Assembly: GCA_963768655.1 (NCBI GenBank)
Contig: CAVYIM010000003.1
Span: 544,001-608,000, forward strand
Origin: an uncultured Chloroflexia bacterium
GTDB taxonomy: Bacteria > Chloroflexota > Limnocylindria > Limnocylindrales > CSP1-4
Direction of reading: 5' to 3'
DNA length: 64,000 nt
The notes under the pieces were generated by a model. It had not been told where the DNA came from. It saw nothing but the letters and a program-made list of their open reading frames with translations, and searched no databases. The position numbers and the translations under genes were made by a program. How positions within the stretch are numbered: position 1 is the stretch's first letter; every line of letters starts with the position of its first letter. Shown here piece by piece: positions 60,082 to 64,000 of the stretch.

Positions 60082-61344
60082 ATGGCCACCCCTTCCCCAA
60101 CCGTCCAGGCCGCTCTCGCGTCCCTTCGGGAACGCTGGGGCGGGGCAGCTCCACGCTGGGGCGGGGAGGTTCTGGGGGCGCTGGCAGTTGCGCCGCGGCC
60201 TATTCCGGAAGACGAGGTGCGGCCGATGGGCCGCCCGGCGATCGCGCCGGTCACCTCGGACGAGCGCGCTGTACCTACCGGCTTTCGTGCACTGGATGCC
60301 ATCCTCGGTCTGGGTGGGCTGCCTCGGACCTCGACCATCGCCCTCCAGGGAGACGGAACGAGCGGCAAGACCACCCTTGCGCTGCGGGCCGTCGCCCAGG
60401 TCCAGGCCGCCGGCGGGATAGCAGCCTACCTGGACCTCGCGCGGAGCCTCGATCCGGTGGAAGCGGCAGCCCGGGGCGTTGCGCTCGAATGGCTGGTCGT
60501 CCTCACGCCGGACACTTTCGAGGAGGCGCTGTCGATGGCGGCGATGCTCCTCCAGGATCGAACGGTCGACCTGCTGCTGCTGGACCTGCCGCAGCTGACG
60601 GGCGATCGCACGGGACTGCCCGCGGCCGCTCTTGGCGAGCGATTGCACCGCCTGGCGGCGCTGGCGCGTCGAGCCGAGATCCAGCTGCTGGTGCTCGAGC
60701 CGCCGAATCTGCCCGCTCCTATGGCTGGCGCACTTGCCCAGGTCGCGGCGCTCCGCCTGGAGCTGAGCCGGCGGGCATGGATCAGGCTCGGCCGTGACGT
60801 CGTAGGGCAGCGGACCGAGGTGCGTGTCTCGAGGGATCGGTACGGGCCGCCGGGGCGAAAGGCGGAGGTTCGAATCCTGTACGCGGAGGGAGGTCTACGG
60901 GATGCGTGCCTGGCCCGCGACGAACTGCTCGGGAAGATGGAGCCTCGAGGCGGGCCGCGCGTTGCCGCCGCCCTGGGCGCCGCCGCCTCGCAGGCTGGGG
61001 CCGCGCACTTTGGGGCCGCGCCGCCCGGTGGCTCGCGGCCGGTCCCCGGCTATTCAGCGGCCCGGCCGTCGCCGCTCCCTGGTCATATCCCTCTCCCGGT
61101 TTCCACCGATGCGACTCCTCCATCTCTACTGGCCCCACCTTCTAATTCGCCTGGCACGAGCCCGGTCTTCCGCACCCTTCGAGGCGGAGCCGATCGTGCT
61201 GGGAGGCATGCCGTGGATCAACGGGCCGGTTCTAGACGCGAGCAGGTCGGCGCTGGAGCTGGGGGTCCGGCCGGGCATGCCGCTCGGCGCGGCTCACCGG
61301 CTGGTGCCGGAGGCGCGATTCCTCGACCCGAGCCCGGAGGCTGA
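60082..61344 (+). CDS. RecA-like protein (ImuA-like)
   Basis: PTGFRALDAILGLGGLPR, Walker A GDGTSGKTT, DLLLLD; low-complexity tail overlapping the next gene. Confidence 0.8.
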   Translation: MATPSPTVQAALASLRERWGGAAPRWGGEVLGALAVAPRPIPEDEVRPMGRPAIAPVTSDERAVPTGFRALDAILGLGGLPRTSTIALQGDGTSGKTTLALRAVAQVQAAGGIAAYLDLARSLDPVEAAARGVALEWLVVLTPDTFEEALSMAAMLLQDRTVDLLLLDLPQLTGDRTGLPAAALGERLHRLAALARRAEIQLLVLEPPNLPAPMAGALAQVAALRLELSRRAWIRLGRDVVGQRTEVRVSRDRYGPPGRKAEVRILYAEGGLRDACLARDELLGKMEPRGGPRVAAALGAAASQAGAAHFGAAPPGGSRPVPGYSAARPSPLPGHIPLPVSTDATPPSLLAPPSNSPGTSPVFRTLRGGADRAGRHAVDQRAGSRREQVGAGAGGPAGHAARRGSPAGAGGAIPRPEPGG

Positions 61345-62482
61345 CGGTGCCGCACTGGAGGCGGCGCTCGATCGACTGGCCGGCTTCAGCCCGGGCGTGG
61401 CCGCCGAGGCGGACCCGACCATGCCGGGCTTCGGGCGGGCGGAGGTTCAGCTCGATGGCCTGGAGCGACTGTGGGGACCGGAGCCGCTGATCGCTAGCAG
61501 GATCGGAAAGGCGCTGGCGGAGGTACTGCCCGGGCCGCCGCTGGCGGGCATCGGCGGGACGCGTTTCGTGGCGGCCGTGGCGGCGCACGAGGCCTCGTCG
61601 CGAGCCACGGGAGTGGCGGCGGGAGTGGCGTCGCCCGGGGTCACGGCGATCGCCGGTGACGTTGTTCGGCTGCACGTGGTGGAATCGGGCGCCGACGCGG
61701 ACTTCCTGGCGCCACTCCCTGCCGCCATGCTGAGCCGCGATCCGGAGGTGCGGGCCCGCCTGGATCGATTCGGGTTGCGGCGGATCGGGCAGATCGCCGA
61801 GCTGCCACTCTCCGCGGTCGTGGCGCGGTTCGGGGCGGAGGGGGAGCGGATCCATGGGCGGGCACGGGGTCTGGAGACGGAGCCGTTCCGGCCGCGCCGC
61901 GTCCCTGAGCGCATGGCGCTGACTCTCCCCATAGAACCGCCCGTTACGGACGTCGAGGCTCTGCGCTTCGTGCTGCACAGGCTGGCGGCGGCGTTCGGGG
62001 ATCAGCTGGCGGCGCGCGGCGCGGCCGCCGGCCGGGCCCGGCTGACCCTCGGGCTGGACGGCACGTTCGTGGCCGGGGAGACGCCGCCGACGCTGGTCAT
62101 CGACCAGCGCCTGCCCGAGCCCACGTTGGAGGGCCTGGCCGTCGAGCGGCTGCTCCTGGCCCGGATCGAGGCATCTCCTCTGCCGGCGCCGGTGGCGAGC
62201 CTGGAGCTGGAGCTGGGCGAAGTGGCGCCGGCGGCCGGCACTCAGCTGACCCTGTTCACGCCGCAGACCGGCAGGACAGGGCGGCTCGGCTGGCAGCTGG
62301 CCCGGCTCGGTCTCCGCTTCGGCGAGCACCGGATCGGCTGGATGGAGATCGGCGACCCGGAGGCGCCGCTGGCCGAGACGCGCTGGACGTGGCGCCGCCC
62401 GATCGGCGCAGGAACGCCCGCCACCGACGTCGTCGCCACCGATGGCGTCGCCCCCGATCGCGATCGCGAGCGCCGCCGATGA
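61109..62482 (+). CDS. imuB: Catalytically inactive Y-family DNA polymerase (ImuB-like)
   Basis: S..A..LGVRPGMPL..A, L.GLERLWG.E, GLRRIGQIA.LP, RFG, QLTLF clamp-binding motif; lacks N-terminal catalytic Asp motif. Confidence 0.8.
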   Translation: MRLLHLYWPHLLIRLARARSSAPFEAEPIVLGGMPWINGPVLDASRSALELGVRPGMPLGAAHRLVPEARFLDPSPEADGAALEAALDRLAGFSPGVAAEADPTMPGFGRAEVQLDGLERLWGPEPLIASRIGKALAEVLPGPPLAGIGGTRFVAAVAAHEASSRATGVAAGVASPGVTAIAGDVVRLHVVESGADADFLAPLPAAMLSRDPEVRARLDRFGLRRIGQIAELPLSAVVARFGAEGERIHGRARGLETEPFRPRRVPERMALTLPIEPPVTDVEALRFVLHRLAAAFGDQLAARGAAAGRARLTLGLDGTFVAGETPPTLVIDQRLPEPTLEGLAVERLLLARIEASPLPAPVASLELELGEVAPAAGTQLTLFTPQTGRTGRLGWQLARLGLRFGEHRIGWMEIGDPEAPLAETRWTWRRPIGAGTPATDVVATDGVAPDRDRERRR

Positions 62483-62727
62483 CCCGACTGCTGCGCGAGC
62501 ACCCCCCGATCGAGGCCGAGCTGGACTCGAGCGGCACGCTCGTCGCTTTCCGCTGGAACGGCCGCCGCGAGGCGGTCGAAATCTGCAATCGCTGGCGCGT
62601 GGAGGAGAGCTGGTGGAGCCAGCCGATCGCCCGCGACTACTTCAAGGTGGCCGGACCTCGCTGGCTGGCACTCATCTACCTGGATCGAGTCGACGGCTCC
62701 TGGCACCTGGAGCGTCTGTACGACTGA
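62479..62727 (+). CDS. DUF6504-like small protein
   Basis: FRWNGR, WRVEESWW, RDYFKV, W.LERLYD; ATGA overlap with imuB. Confidence 0.75.
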   Translation: MTRLLREHPPIEAELDSSGTLVAFRWNGRREAVEICNRWRVEESWWSQPIARDYFKVAGPRWLALIYLDRVDGSWHLERLYD

Positions 62728-62842
62728 TCCGCGCGAGCGCTCCGGGCCGTCCTCCACGCTGCCAGGCCGGTAACATTGGCCGGGTCCGAGAAGAGAGCGG
62801 CGCGGTGTCGCACGCGACCTCCAGGCGGGCACAGGAGAGGGA

Positions 62843-64000
62843 ATGCAGGAGTTCTGGTTCTGCGAAGCCTGCAGGTCGATGAACCGCGGCGACGCCGACC
62901 GCTGCTACCGCTGCCGGGCTCCCAAAGCCCGCGCCACCATGGCCACGGTCCACGAGCGCCGCATCGAGGACGTCTTGATGCCCGGCGTCGACCGCCTCGA
63001 ACCAGGCGAGGCCCGGGCGCTGCTGGCTCAGAGTCCCTACACAACCGCGTGGCCGATTGGATACGTCTCGGCCGTGTTGCTGGTCGTCCCTGCGGTGTTC
63101 CAGTTCGTGCTTGCGCTGGTTCTGGCCACTCCTCTGCTCTCCCTGATCAGGCCTTCATTCGTTCTCGGTAACGGCTGGTACGTGGCCGTTGCAGGCTTGT
63201 CGCTCGGATTCACCGTCGCCGAGCTGGTCGCGGCCGTGGCTCACAGCGTCTTCCTGGGCTTGACGGACATGAACGTCCCGTCTCTGGGAGGTGGCCAGCC
63301 GAGATTCGAGCCGCTGCGAGCGGGCCTGTGGTGGATCGAGGCCGCCGGGTGGGCCGTCAGGGCCTACCTGACGGTGTGGATTCCTCTGTTCATCGGCCTC
63401 AGGGTCACGGAGGTCCTGGGCGTGTTCGGAATCCTGCTGGCGATGGCGCTGCTGTACATGTCGGGGCGGCTCTTCCGCAACCCGCTATACAGCCTGCGCA
63501 AGCCGGTCCGGCTGCTGGACGATCTGATTCGACGCCTCTCCGTCCGCGCTGATACCGGCGGTTTCGCAAGCACGTGGTCGATCGCGTGGATTGCGGCTCG
63601 ACTCGTAGACGCGCTCGGACCGGTGTTTCTGACGTGTGCCTGGCTGGTCGCCGTCGCAGCGGCCTTCGTGCAGGCGGTCCGTTCCGCCAACGGCGGGGGC
63701 CCGCTCTACGACCTTGGCCAGATCGTCACGGAGGTCTACGCCCTCTCGGTCCTGCTCGTGGTGCTGGAGGTGATCGCGAACGCGCTAGCTCTCTGCCTGC
63801 TGGCACGCCTGACCCTGTCGCTCTCGAGCTCGCAGAGGGTCCGGCGCGACTGGGTGGTCCAGAGCGCGAGCCGGCCGTCCGGCCCGTACCCGGCCGGCCG
63901 TCCCGTCGGGGCCGTGGCTTCCCCAACCTATCCACCCGCAGTCGCCCCAGTCGCCCCAGTCGGCCCAGTCGCCCCCGTCGCCTCTGCCGCCGCGCCTCTC
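62843..64000 (+). CDS. Membrane protein with N-terminal RanBP2-type zinc finger (partial, runs off window end)
   Basis: AGGAGAGG RBS; MQEFWFCEACRSMNRGDADRCYRCRAP, followed by multiple TM helices; no stop seen in window. Confidence 0.7.
   Translation, partial: MQEFWFCEACRSMNRGDADRCYRCRAPKARATMATVHERRIEDVLMPGVDRLEPGEARALLAQSPYTTAWPIGYVSAVLLVVPAVFQFVLALVLATPLLSLIRPSFVLGNGWYVAVAGLSLGFTVAELVAAVAHSVFLGLTDMNVPSLGGGQPRFEPLRAGLWWIEAAGWAVRAYLTVWIPLFIGLRVTEVLGVFGILLAMALLYMSGRLFRNPLYSLRKPVRLLDDLIRRLSVRADTGGFASTWSIAWIAARLVDALGPVFLTCAWLVAVAAAFVQAVRSANGGGPLYDLGQIVTEVYALSVLLVVLEVIANALALCLLARLTLSLSSSQRVRRDWVVQSASRPSGPYPAGRPVGAVASPTYPPAVAPVAPVGPVAPVASAAAPL

Overview
High-GC bacterial chromosome segment. The gene style (many leaderless genes, a GAAC-N4-GTTC SOS box, Ser/Thr/Pro-rich membrane-anchored anti-sigma-like proteins) suggests Chloroflexota of the Limnocylindria/Ellin6529 type; this assignment is inference only. 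Core genes include proC, a proline dehydrogenase, leuS-comEA-comEC-HD-holA, cysE-cysK, two tRNA-Ala genes (GGC, CGC) and a LexA-boxed imuA/imuB-like cassette. Both tRNA-Ala genes have accessory DNA beyond their 3' ends and are fused to what look like C-terminal remnants of large serine recombinases. The larger accessory region (about 41.1-59.3 kb) is cut into gene modules by 4-5 copies of a ~60-bp direct repeat that begins like the antisense tRNA 3' end, suggesting a tandem, integron-like accretion array. Other highlights are a leaderless Cys-containing leader peptide with terminator/antiterminator upstream of cysE-cysK, and a CheB-CheR-PAS-histidine kinase/NarL pair beside four small stress-type membrane genes that share an upstream box. 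Two frameshifts both fall on GANTC-like sites and are probably methylation-linked sequencing errors. All product calls come from motif recognition by eye; no database searches were run.
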